A stretch of DNA of 64,000 nucleotides from a virus (lineage: Duplodnaviria > Caudoviricetes), in IMG/VR virus record IMGVR_UViG_3300035208_002804, positions 64,001 through 128,000 of that record. One strand, given 5' to 3'. The translations under genes were made by a program, and so were the position numbers. The notes under the pieces were generated by a model. The model saw nothing but the letters and a program-made list of their open reading frames with translations, was not told where the DNA came from and ran no database searches. Below are positions 23,201-31,102 of this stretch, piece by piece. Numbering within the stretch: the stretch's first letter is position 1; every line of letters starts with the position of its first letter.

Positions 23201-24183
23201 TTGAATACTGTGTTATCTAAATTATTGAAATTTAATGAATATCGTCCATTTCCACGATGAGATGCCCCTAACTTTTTGTAATATGTATCAGCACCGGGTA
23301 AACTATCCCAATACATACCTTTCATACCACTTGTTTTTCCATGTGATATCAATTGGGCCATCAATTTTGTAGCAAGCCCTTTTCCACCAAAACCGGGATC
23401 AGTACCTAAATTTGGCATCCCAAAATTCTTGCCATCATTATAGTAGGACAATGCACTTGCTGGTCTTCCTGATGCTTTCTCTATTGCTGCAATCAAGCCA
23501 TAGTGCTTTGCATCTAATTGTTTGTCTTCTACTGCACGAAAAAGTTGATAGTTCCCAGAACTACTACTCATTGAATTAAACGACTTACTATATAGATCCT
23601 TGATAAACTTACTATTTTTACCAAGTTGGAAATGTTTAAAGTCAAATTGAGAACCCATCTGAAACTTCGGTATCATACCACCAGATGCTTTTCCTAATTT
23701 TCCTTGTGCTCTCATCAATGACGACATAACACGGGAATCTCGTGCCACTGCTGATGAAGGTAAATTAAACCCAGTGAGTTGTTTCAATTTTCGGGCCATA
23801 TCTTTGAACACGGCATCATTAGTATGCAGTGAATTAGGATCGAATCCTTTTAATTGCGGAACCATTACATTAGAATTGTTAAATAAAGTGGACGAACGAG
23901 CAGCATGACCTATAGCATCCCTAATTTCACTTGGAACACCTTTATATATTTCAGTTGCTTTATTTGCATCAGCAGTATGCTTATCAAGGTATTCAAATCC
24001 AATTTTATTTTTAGTTATTCTATCTATATTTGAAGATTTCTCCTGATAGTTATAACTTAATAGGAATTTATCTGCCTGTTTCTTGGTATAACCAAATTTA
24101 ACGAGCATGTCCATCATTTCTACTCGTGATGTCCCACCAAGCATCATCTTGGCAAGCCACTTATTTAACAACTCATCCGACAT
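17299..24183 (-). CDS. Tape measure protein with embedded GNAT domain
   Basis: 2294 aa, A/G/L-rich with hydrophobic stretches, repeated FAxGG-type motifs, C-terminal VEISVNVQG; follows the tail tube and chaperone genes. Confidence 0.85.
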   Translation of the reverse strand: MSDELLNKWLAKMMLGGTSRVEMMDMLVKFGYTKKQADKFLLSYNYQEKSSNIDRITKNKIGFEYLDKHTADANKATEIYKGVPSEIRDAIGHAARSSTLFNNSNVMVPQLKGFDPNSLHTNDAVFKDMARKLKQLTGFNLPSSAVARDSRVMSSLMRAQGKLGKASGGMIPKFQMGSQFDFKHFQLGKNSKFIKDLYSKSFNSMSSSSGNYQLFRAVEDKQLDAKHYGLIAAIEKASGRPASALSYYNDGKNFGMPNLGTDPGFGGKGLATKLMAQLISHGKTSGMKGMYWDSLPGADTYYKKLGASHRGNGRYSLNFNNLDNTVFKQNGGQMKKYFAGGLEALASPELLMGAFGGIQSGLGIMGGIGGGALAIDLIKRFQQNKFFERFGSGDLTSDGVKRFQKLMNLKQFQGESNDAYGNVVQNNPFMDANIGRLSQQFNKNSWLTNLKRRFGRASGGKIQGRGTSISDSIGANLSPGSYILDRDTVQALGENFLNKVTGNSTYKGLASGGYGSPNAMISNGEWLLNPSQSASLGGPKILDQLRGMSNDRVLSPKERSRLPFASGGNIPGFKDGSEFSINDLKRPITNENSVIDMLTRSDIKDAVQKADPGTTRLSYNQMFGKSTLTPGSNNLPSRGNTRTSYAEPTDMGNMGKSDLTRFILNSFSENKLKNVDPTKSAHEIATTLSDSLSKQFKKGITVNKIADMKIGKQLEGSLRGREPGFLQDPFKYIGFIEKELKPFATNIATSGKIPSGPSTTKYTNNVNQVTDILDNIRPDLIDFNKRIETSNKSLAELNRKYQEATKYNKLPDISGIDANYNPSKSDLNRRKQLADELSGKNKQYENLPNITTFERRISKKSGGPYDVIPDISGIDANYNPSEADLANRKLIDLELEQETAKRKQEEKERKEKLAALVEVRNNKIARDKNRSNALRDYNDVDLQYNTRHDDELGSIRKYNTGLLAKPYDVRNQDNNVQGIGNKFNALMNRGGSKFSEIYNRAQNVGYEKTRVTTGQVLGSPFNLTKGISWKELREDYAGSIKKARDTSGKMFTDVVGGIEEQMKDFTANKLGNRLGGNVAREMVKVSPQLERDSKSGEITGTLTYSLELLTERLKKTGMDAKDAEGFIGEFDKKLEELSGNRTVKSTTLDSRKTTEPEKFGVLANTSKWSKDLSWRAASLSMSSMGVYFSLMGIFMALSSAVTSLTGSLSDLNTVFKNVGYVNAFSGSANKANEIMGKFGVTQKDLVKGWENVTYAQSAFGLSMSSLAASIFKDKNFTDGLVDSIGSLFTKLAEKDTMEGFTKFLTAGAKALPEVVDALKWVTSGLTLVGDHPGLIKIAAQMYGITLLLQPLTSGVSLFLSGFGQAAGAVKALKQVNMAVDALNLGMNGIALKAGLAVIALEAVGQAYQWISGQEAPWWLKPISSAGAVLSGVNPITQEKMFAEGGAIGGPNTAAIDDKTVRVEEGEYVINKRSASKLGKNTLDQLNKFATGGSIGLLQNSSGMSVSGYAINKSDTDTFGFKIYNKTDENATASKSSAKVLVAAAESDGIGVYIRNWKDGWQNGNDEKGGMPFDMGLPQRWIYGFLGNPNGMTGNGMGVNPNPSPSPEDNLNEESFWRPDENVNPNPQVNENPNPNANPNPSTLPSSYTGAVANLLQTAFESFKQTVGAAIDSIAHSAMESLKALMNGAETAGNVIKDLGLALLTLDNGKVVEMLQKGAGAVKGAATTVGGNLASAYGGRSLGGILNSDSLAQHAYYRAPGDVKDYGPTGVRNAGFWDKFVNGKYEYPEMPSKQSPSIVDRLFNKGKFSATSPVKGKDQLTGKEIGVLDVVDLLSVGTNVNQNRDPYSAALELNNQIAMNALTGGGERVMEQGSRVLPAMISRVVGSGPARNTAASWAGKAVGGVGATTLDLMKLAGAPEAVVLSGLAEGGIANENFMNGVPLDEITQGTGKGKYNNASGIFTSNLIQSGYGRGMGVWGKRFGLNEEQMRDTLNQNKGLMDFSVMPGFVAQQAVKGLGMSDQYNGFWNKLKGGNTAVSDMIRGTNVSLPTPLGNLEVSGGIADLNSSIYDLIGSLANLDVGSIFGAGTGLIGTGESLGVMGGKLAEEVTQDPAALLSLAMTGIVPVIGPALANMLLPETTAKISTGVNEDDITQPATLQSLNDGMITTAKGFSIVNGELDAVSNEGLPAFYNKLMTGSETYNVNPENNSGNYSFVSKTNENEFTSIQLVKTAETLKQEQIISQSTTQPQKVEISVNVQGDDSNVIASKVKTDLVAMIEQIVRSILPTTQPTTSRL
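21541..21755. repeat. Exact 41-bp direct repeat inside the tape measure gene
   Basis: AGATGGATTATAATTAGCATCAATTCCAGAAATATCTGGTA at 21541-21581 and 21715-21755 (PDISGIDANYNPS twice). Confidence 0.95.
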
Positions 24184-24371
24184 TATATAAGAGAAAGAGA
24201 TTTACGGTATTTAAATAAACAATAAGAAGAAGAGAAAAGAGAGAAAGTTACTAAATTATTATAAAGTATAATACAAACTATAAAATAGAGAAAGAAGAGG
24301 AAGAAAGGAAATATATGGAATCAATAACTGCTAACCAAAAGGTTTAAATACTCGTAATGTTATAAAGTAAA

Positions 24372-24500
24372 GTGCATCCCAAGAACAAGTTAAAATGAAA
24401 GGAAGACAGATTGACCACCTGTTTTCTTTTCTTCTTTTTTCTTGTTAGGCAGGTTGTTTCGTGCTATTTTCGTGGTCTGTTTTGCGATTTAACTGTTTTA
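24372..24500 (+). ncRNA. Candidate structured ncRNA, family copy 2
   Basis: TTTAAATA at 24343-24350, GTGCA 21 nt later, 13-bp hairpin GAAAGGAAGACAG/CUGUUUUCUUUUC, U tract, CTTGTTA. Confidence 0.6.
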
Positions 24501-24609
24501 CATCGGCTTTTAATTGGATGGCTATATTAGGCAGGACCGGAATCACAATTGTGAATTATGAAGTGATGAAAATAGTTAAGTGTTATTAAATTGTAGAAAA
24601 GTGTTACTT

Positions 24610-24798
24610 GCTAATAGTATCCGGTAGATGGGAATTTAACCCATATATGTTCAATGTCACCGGTTCTTTAGCGTTGTCATGACACCGAACGGGTTTTCTA
24701 CTAACTGCTTAATTACTACCGGTCAACAACCACACATGCTAAAACTCATAACAAAGAAAAGAAAAAGAAGAGGATCCTTTCTCTGCTACTTGTTGCAC
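24610..24798 (-). ncRNA. Candidate structured ncRNA, family copy 3
   Basis: TATAAATA at 24819-24826, GTGCA 20 nt later, stem UAGCAGAG/CUUUGUUA, TTGTTATGAGTTTTAGCAT. Confidence 0.65.
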
Positions 24799-24877
24799 TA
24801 TATAGTTGTTGGTAATAGTATTTATAGTTAACTATGGAGATGAGAATTTCATCTATTTCTCTCTATCTCTCTCATTT

Positions 24878-25135
24878 TCAATTGGGTTTGATTATTGGGA
24901 TGTAGATTTCGTTCCAGAAGGTGAGGGCCATGCTTATGTCAAACATTATGTGGTCGGGCCAAGTTGGATCATCGAAGATTTTGTGTGCTCCCCCGCCGTT
25001 ATACCATCCAAGAATTGCGATACGTCGATTCCATTCAAGTTCTTCGTTATATTCGGTGTCTTCAGATCCTTCGATTCGATATTTGTAATTAACGCAAAAA
25101 TTTGATGAGTTTGGATCTGGATTATAGGAGACGAA
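24878..25135 (-). CDS. +1 frameshift extension of tail assembly chaperone (gpT-like)
   Basis: Open +1 frame FVSYNPDP...IPIIKPN* with no early start codon, entered at TTT CGT C (25130-25136). Confidence 0.75.
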   Translation of the reverse strand, partial: FVSYNPDPNSSNFCVNYKYRIEGSEDTEYNEELEWNRRIAILGWYNGGGAHKIFDDPTWPDHIMFDISMALTFWNEIYIPIIKPN

Positions 25136-25619
25136 AGTAATCTGGACGAACCTTTACACCGTAATACATAGCAGTGAAAATTGGCTTGTAATCTTCGGCA
25201 GGGATATCATCGACGGTTTTTCCAACGAGAATTTCGGGAAGCACAACGTCAAACCATTCTTCTTCGGCCTTTTCCTGGCGTTCCTGTTCGTTGTCAATTT
25301 CCTGTTGGGTTGCTGGTTCTTTAAGTCCGCATCGGGTTAGAAGAGCAGATGCTTCTTCTGGTTTGAATTTGCTGTTTTCGATGAGTGCTTTGAGAATCTG
25401 GTTTCGTGCTTCGAGCATTGAAGTGTCGTAATTTAATTTGCTTGTCCACTTCTGGATGAGTCGAAGGTGAGCACGACCTATTTTCTGACCACGGGGTCTT
25501 CGTAATTTGTAGGTGTCGTAAGCGGTTTCAAATACAATGTATTCCTTGTCAAAAGGTTCCATTTTGATTTCTTCTGGTGCAATTTCTTCAGATTCGGCAG
25601 TTGACTTTTTAGCAACCAT
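25122..25619 (-). CDS. Tail assembly chaperone (gpG-like)
   Basis: Located between tail tube and tape measure genes; slippery site three codons before the stop. Confidence 0.75.
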   Translation of the reverse strand: MVAKKSTAESEEIAPEEIKMEPFDKEYIVFETAYDTYKLRRPRGQKIGRAHLRLIQKWTSKLNYDTSMLEARNQILKALIENSKFKPEEASALLTRCGLKEPATQQEIDNEQERQEKAEEEWFDVVLPEILVGKTVDDIPAEDYKPIFTAMYYGVKVRPDYFRLL

Positions 25620-25707
25620 GTTACATAAGAGAAGATGTTTGCCGATATATAAAGGAAGAGAAAAATTGAGTGGGTGGATGATGAGAAAAAGGGGTGGTGT
25701 TTATTTT

Positions 25708-26538
25708 TTAACTGAAGAGATCGTTGTTTACTGCTGCTTGGACAGGGGCTTTCCAGTTGAGTGTTTTGGTGAATTTGGTTCTATTTTGGCCGCTGAATGT
25801 TGAATCTGATACTACTGCTTCAGTGACGGTTAGTGTTCGAATGTCGGTTGTTGCACAGTTAGATCCGGTTTGTCCGCGAAGTGTTAGAACTATGGTGCCG
25901 ATATTCCCACAGGATCCCATTGATGCTTGTAATGTTGTCCATTCTTTGGGTCCAAATGATATGCTGCCAGAGAGGGTTCCGTTTCCAGATTGAATTATTT
26001 CTTCAAGATATTTGCTACCGATGACGAAATAGTCTTGATCGATTGGAACTTCTACTTTTAGTGAAAATCCTGTTGATTTTACTGTTGATGAACCACCGAT
26101 TGTTAACGCACATGCCCAGAACAGCGGGATTGGATTTGTAAATGTTCCACTTGACGCAGCGGTTGCTGATGTTGCCAATCCAGCAGAAACCCAATTCATA
26201 TTACAGGTTCCAAGTGCCTTTGTCTGGAGCGACATTTCAAAGGAATTGATGAATGATGTAGGGAAGTTGCATCCTCCAAATTCATCACTACCAATAAGGG
26301 CTACTGGTGTTATTGTAGATGATGCGCCAGACAGTAAGTCGAGAATTGCTTTTGCTATTGGGGCGAAATCTTCACGATATGCTGCACTTATTGATCCAGT
26401 GACAATATTAGCACCATCGAATATTGCAGGTTCACCACCAAGTCCCATCCCCTGTTCACTAATTAAATTTCGGTTGTAATTTGTGGTGAGATCGGTAATC
26501 GCATAGGAAGTTCCACCGTATGAAAATCCTCGTACCAT
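25708..26538 (-). CDS. Tail tube protein paralog 2
   Basis: Aligns by eye with 26635..27738 (SFEMSLQTKA/SFELQMQMKA; GPKEW/GPGDW; KTLNWKA/KTVNWQA). Confidence 0.7.
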   Translation of the reverse strand: MVRGFSYGGTSYAITDLTTNYNRNLISEQGMGLGGEPAIFDGANIVTGSISAAYREDFAPIAKAILDLLSGASSTITPVALIGSDEFGGCNFPTSFINSFEMSLQTKALGTCNMNWVSAGLATSATAASSGTFTNPIPLFWACALTIGGSSTVKSTGFSLKVEVPIDQDYFVIGSKYLEEIIQSGNGTLSGSISFGPKEWTTLQASMGSCGNIGTIVLTLRGQTGSNCATTDIRTLTVTEAVVSDSTFSGQNRTKFTKTLNWKAPVQAAVNNDLFS

Positions 26539-26634
26539 TATATCACCAACATAATTGTTATTTTAACCATTTAATGCTCCATTTACCTGTTATTTAAAGG
26601 TGAACAGGGAAAAAGATCCCTGTTGTTATGTTGT

Positions 26635-27738
26635 TCAGGGTTCGTAGACTTCGATGGTGAACGTGTCAGTCGAATTAATCTGTGCCTGCCAGTTGACGGT
26701 CTTGTTGAACATGTTACGACCACTTGCGTCAATGCTTGCTTCGGTAAGTTTTGCTACGTCAGCGGTGATTTTGGTAACTTGTGTAGTTCCGTCTGGGCTG
26801 TGGAGAATGATATCAAACTTACCGGTTGGAATCTCGTTTGAAAGAACGGTTGATGTTTCTACAGTTCCGTAGAATTCACGCTTTCCTTCATCGAGCACAT
26901 TGTTGGTAAGATCTCCTGCCATCATGGTTCGGATACGCTGCCAGTCACCGGGACCAAGTGTAATAGTCCCACCAAGTGTAGACAGACCATTGTAGTAAAG
27001 TCCCTGAAGGAACGGCGAACCAAGATACATGTTTTCCTGATCCATTGGGCGGTTAATGGTCATCGTGAAACCTTTACACTTCATGATTTCGGCGGTGCTT
27101 CCACTTGGAGTCCAGAGTAGCGTTGGGTTATAGAATGGCGATGGATCTCCACTAATTGCTGAACCAGTATTGTAGCCTACATCATATGGTTCTGCTCTCT
27201 TACCAATCCAATTGAATGAAGACACACAGAACGCTTTCATCTGCATTTGTAGTTCAAATGAAGTTACACCAACTCCCCTGAAAATCACTGTGCCATTACC
27301 TTGTTCATCGGCCATTTTAAGGGCTAATGTTGCCGGTGTCTGTGCGAGTGAGTAAGAATATCCTGCTTTGTGGCTTGAACTTAATGCTACACTCGCTGGT
27401 GTCTGATTTCCCATTGCTCCAAGTAGAAGACTTGAAAGGTGGAAATCCCAACCACGGAAATTTGCTTCCATTGCGCCAGATAAACTGTAAGCACCGGCCA
27501 TGATATAGGACTGTGATACATTATCGAACGATTCTTCATTCATTACATCACGGTTTGGAGCGTAATTAAATGAATTTACACGTAATGTTCTGAATGCTGG
27601 GCTATGCGTGGCTGCACTCGCATATACAAGCCAGTCATTCGCTACATTAAAACCAGCCGTGATCACATTGTCATTTGTTTCGGCATCACTATATATTGAT
27701 GGATCGGTTGTGACAGCCAATTCTCGGTATATTGCCAT
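26635..27738 (-). CDS. Major tail tube protein
   Basis: Position after the tail terminator; beta-rich; GAG-type RBS and own TATA box. Confidence 0.75.
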   Translation of the reverse strand: MAIYRELAVTTDPSIYSDAETNDNVITAGFNVANDWLVYASAATHSPAFRTLRVNSFNYAPNRDVMNEESFDNVSQSYIMAGAYSLSGAMEANFRGWDFHLSSLLLGAMGNQTPASVALSSSHKAGYSYSLAQTPATLALKMADEQGNGTVIFRGVGVTSFELQMQMKAFCVSSFNWIGKRAEPYDVGYNTGSAISGDPSPFYNPTLLWTPSGSTAEIMKCKGFTMTINRPMDQENMYLGSPFLQGLYYNGLSTLGGTITLGPGDWQRIRTMMAGDLTNNVLDEGKREFYGTVETSTVLSNEIPTGKFDIILHSPDGTTQVTKITADVAKLTEASIDASGRNMFNKTVNWQAQINSTDTFTIEVYEP

Positions 27739-27896
27739 ATTTATTCAACTCCTATATAATATTAAGATATCAGGTTACTTTTGTTGCATACCGATATATA
27801 AATGAAAAGGTATTTGGGTGAAAAATGTGGGAGTGATATCAATAAACAGTGATATGTATATAAAGGTATCAATGATAGGGTGAGAAAGGAATGGGA

Positions 27897-28298
27897 TTAG
27901 AATTCAGTAATCCAGTCTCTTTCATGAAAAAAATTAAAAATCATTTCTACGCGGTATGAACGACCACCTGTTGGAATAAAATCTGTATCACGGCAAAAGA
28001 AGGTACCACAATAAAGACAATGTGACTCTTCTACATATTTTGTTACATGATCAAGGATTTCATCATTAACTTCGAACATATCGTTATTATCTTCGAGATC
28101 AAATATGAGTTTAATGTCTATTGTTGGGCGGTATGACATTTGTGTTTCTAATTGGGTGTGAATTCCACTATAAATAACACAACATTCTCTTTTGGCAAAT
28201 TTTTCTTGTAATTCTGAATTTACCTTCCATCCGTCTGCTTTCATTGCCATTTCTGTGTAGTATTTGCAGTCTTTTCTACGTTCTTTATATGATGGCAT
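27897..28298 (-). CDS. Putative tail terminator
   Basis: Position before the tail tube. Start reassigned to MPSYKERRK (28298) because the late-promoter motif sits 19 nt upstream. Confidence 0.55.
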   Translation of the reverse strand: MPSYKERRKDCKYYTEMAMKADGWKVNSELQEKFAKRECCVIYSGIHTQLETQMSYRPTIDIKLIFDLEDNNDMFEVNDEILDHVTKYVEESHCLYCGTFFCRDTDFIPTGGRSYRVEMIFNFFHERDWITEF

Positions 28299-28352
28299 CT
28301 TAAATATTGGTGGTGATTTACAGTATAAAAGGAAAGAGTTTAGAAGATGGAT

Positions 28353-28428
28353 AATGCTAATATCAATGCGAGTGAGCATTCAAGTTAGCATTCAGAGTAG
28401 CATTCAGAGTAGCATTCAAAGTAGCATT
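28353..28428. repeat. 12-bp tandem repeat (AGCATT core) with inverted copies
   Basis: AGCATT at 28375, 28387, 28399, 28411 and 28423; AATGC at 28353 and 28365. Confidence 0.9.
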
Positions 28429-28457
28429 AAGATTATAGTAACTGTTTTCCTTCCCCT

Positions 28458-29312
28458 CTATTTAGGGGTGAATTTTTTTAAGAGGTCGTTGTAGCGTTTG
28501 GTGCCGAATGCGGATGGTTGAAATTTTGCTGATTTTGGAGCAGGACGACTTGCTTCTTTTTCGCGGATGTTGACAATTTCTTTGGTTATTTTGGAACTTT
28601 GTCTTGCTTTTCGCATGTCCTTGCGTTCCATTATTTTTTTGTCAATGACGTATTGTTCGATTTTACGGTTTAGACGAGTGTTTGCTGCATTGACTTGTTT
28701 GTCGAAAACTGCTTGCCATGTTGCCCAATATGAACGACTGATACCACGCCAGTATTTTCCTGGTATGTTGATTCGTTTGTCTAATACAGGAATATATGGT
28801 TTTGGTCGTGCTGTTGCACCATTCATTAAAATATTGACATAATCTACAGGATGTCCTGACTTTGCGTAACAGGGTTTTACATAGAGAGTGGCACTTGTTA
28901 AATTATGTTCTTTAAGGACAAGTGCTCGTTTTAACTGACCGGTGTGCTCTCGTCTTCGATATTGTTGTTTATTGCTGTATCTACCGCGAAATCTTCTGGT
29001 TGCACTTAATAACCCACCTTTATTGCCACGATAATAATACATTCCATATGCCCGTCTATTGAAATATTTATTTATGTTTGTGTACCAGAATTGTATTAAA
29101 CGGCGTGATTCTACAATGATGGCATCTTTAATGTATTTTTCAAAATTACGAAGATATTCAACTTGAACCATTTGAGAACCTGGAACTCGTGCTTTTGTAT
29201 TAAACCAAGTGCCATTTGAAAGTTGGATTCCACTATACCCTTTCATTTTCTCTTTGGTAAATGGTAAAATACCGGGATTTATTTCAAGTTTAAAAGTTCT
29301 CGTTGGCGACAT
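28458..29312 (-). CDS. Putative neck/tail-completion protein
   Basis: Basic protein with HTGQLKRAL (similar to the DTGxLxxS neck motif); position in the neck region. Confidence 0.5.
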   Translation of the reverse strand: MSPTRTFKLEINPGILPFTKEKMKGYSGIQLSNGTWFNTKARVPGSQMVQVEYLRNFEKYIKDAIIVESRRLIQFWYTNINKYFNRRAYGMYYYRGNKGGLLSATRRFRGRYSNKQQYRRREHTGQLKRALVLKEHNLTSATLYVKPCYAKSGHPVDYVNILMNGATARPKPYIPVLDKRINIPGKYWRGISRSYWATWQAVFDKQVNAANTRLNRKIEQYVIDKKIMERKDMRKARQSSKITKEIVNIREKEASRPAPKSAKFQPSAFGTKRYNDLLKKFTPK

Positions 29313-29409
29313 GATCTGGATATTTTAAGGGGTTATTTTAGTGATATTTTGGCAATTTTATGGGGCAATGTTGATTGTTATATTACTCTTTTTATTTTCT
29401 TCCCCCTTT

Positions 29410-29817
29410 TTATGTGACGCTTGATGAGGTTAATCCGGCTCCAATTGGTAGTGGATATGATGATTCTTTGAGAGATAGATCTTCATTGAGGGGGACTTTT
29501 GAGATCATTGTAAGACATGAATATGCACTCATTAATAGGGATGATAACTGTAATGGGGCACTTTCTGGGAGAGTTCCAAGTTTAGGTTCAGCAAGTGATG
29601 TATAGATGAGATATGCTTTATACGTTGATAGTCGAATTAAGCATCGTCTAACAAATTTTTCTTCAACCTGTTCAATATCTACAATCATTTCAATATATTC
29701 ATAACTATCCTTGATTGCTTTGTAGATTTGAACATCATCAAGAAGATCATATGGTATTGAAGCAAGATTATCACGAATCTCGTCAAGTAATATACTATCG
29801 TCAAGAAGTAACGTCAT
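29410..29817 (-). CDS. Putative head-tail adaptor
   Basis: 135 aa, helical; first same-strand gene after the capsid gene. Confidence 0.55.
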   Translation of the reverse strand: MTLLLDDSILLDEIRDNLASIPYDLLDDVQIYKAIKDSYEYIEMIVDIEQVEEKFVRRCLIRLSTYKAYLIYTSLAEPKLGTLPESAPLQLSSLLMSAYSCLTMISKVPLNEDLSLKESSYPLPIGAGLTSSSVT

Positions 29818-29950
29818 TACTATGAGAAGTTGTTTTACACTATATAAATTGGAAGAAAGTATAAAGATAGGAAAAGTTTTTAATGAATATTTCTATCTCC
29901 CGATGAGAAACTATTAAATTGTATTGGAGATAAATATATAAACACAAATT

Positions 29951-31084
29951 ATGGGAAAAAGAAAATTAACCGGTGAACAAATTAAAGAATGTATTGATCT
30001 CTATAACAGTGGGAAAACATGTAAACAAATTGCAGAAGTTTATGGGGTTTTTGATTCTTCAATTAATCGAATGTTACGAAGACAGGGTATTACACTACGT
30101 CCGCATTATGTTCCAAAATGTAAACTAACACACGAAGAGTATCAAAATTGCATCGATGAATATTTAACAGGACTGTCAATTATTGATATTAGTAAAAAAC
30201 TCAATATATCTGCTGGTAAAGTTAGATATGTTATAACAAAAGAAGAAATTGCACGTGGTAGACACGAAACGACAACATGTAATCCTACTAAAGAAGAACG
30301 TGATGAATGTATTAATTTATATAAACTTGGTATATCAATGCGTAAAATAGAACATGGTATTGGTATATCAAGAAATAGTATTAGAAAACTATTAACAGAT
30401 GAGGGGTTGTATCAACCACCGGAAATAACACGGTATTCGCAGGATGATCATTTCTTTGATAATATAGATACTGAAGCAAAATCTTATTTCTTTGGTCTGT
30501 TATATGCTGATGGATGCAACAAAATGAATGTGAATATCATAGGAATTAGTCTACAGGATTCTGATAAATATATACTTGAAATGTTTAGAGATGAATTGAA
30601 ATCAAATCGCCCAGTATTACTAAACAAATTAAAAGAAACGCATCCAACATGGAATGATCATTATGAATTACGTGTAACCAGTGAGCACATGTGTGAGGTT
30701 CTCAATAATTATGGGATGGTTCCTCGAAAGTCACTTATTAAGAAATTTCCAGAAGTGATCTTAAACAGTAGTGAAGATATAATTAGACACTTCATTAGAG
30801 GATATTTTTGCGGAAATGGATCTTTAACAATAAAACGTGATACAGAGTCAGGAACGTTTGCTATATTTTCTACAGAGAATATGTGTATTGAAATTAATAA
30901 TTGTTTTAAAAAATATATTAATATTTATAATTGTTCAATTTATAAGGTTAATAATATTTTTTGGTTAACAACATCACGTAGAGAAAATTTACAATCAATA
31001 TATAATTGGCTTTATAAAGAAAGTAACTTTTTTATCGTTAGAAAAAAGGAAAAATTTGAAAAGTTTAATTGGTTAGAAAAATAG
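29951..31084 (+). CDS. Free-standing LAGLIDADG homing-endonuclease-like protein with three N-terminal HTH repeats
   Basis: SYFFGLLYADGC and RHFIRGYFCGNGS motifs, GMVPRKSL; repeated CIDLYNSG/CIDEYLTG/CINLYKLG HTH units. Confidence 0.85.
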   Translation: MGKRKLTGEQIKECIDLYNSGKTCKQIAEVYGVFDSSINRMLRRQGITLRPHYVPKCKLTHEEYQNCIDEYLTGLSIIDISKKLNISAGKVRYVITKEEIARGRHETTTCNPTKEERDECINLYKLGISMRKIEHGIGISRNSIRKLLTDEGLYQPPEITRYSQDDHFFDNIDTEAKSYFFGLLYADGCNKMNVNIIGISLQDSDKYILEMFRDELKSNRPVLLNKLKETHPTWNDHYELRVTSEHMCEVLNNYGMVPRKSLIKKFPEVILNSSEDIIRHFIRGYFCGNGSLTIKRDTESGTFAIFSTENMCIEINNCFKKYINIYNCSIYKVNNIFWLTTSRRENLQSIYNWLYKESNFFIVRKKEKFEKFNWLEK

Positions 31085-31102
31085 GAAATTATTTTTTTTT
31101 AC

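Noticed and set aside
24372-24500. Family members as plain terminators, group II intron fragments or tRNAs
   Set aside because: Each has its own TATA box at fixed distance and conserved sequence beyond the U tract. GTGC is not followed by recognisable intron domains, and no cloverleaf or T-loop was seen.
28299-28379. N-terminal extension MLTRIDIS... of the 27897 ORF
   Set aside because: It spans the late-promoter motif and begins in the tandem repeat; 28298 is the better start.
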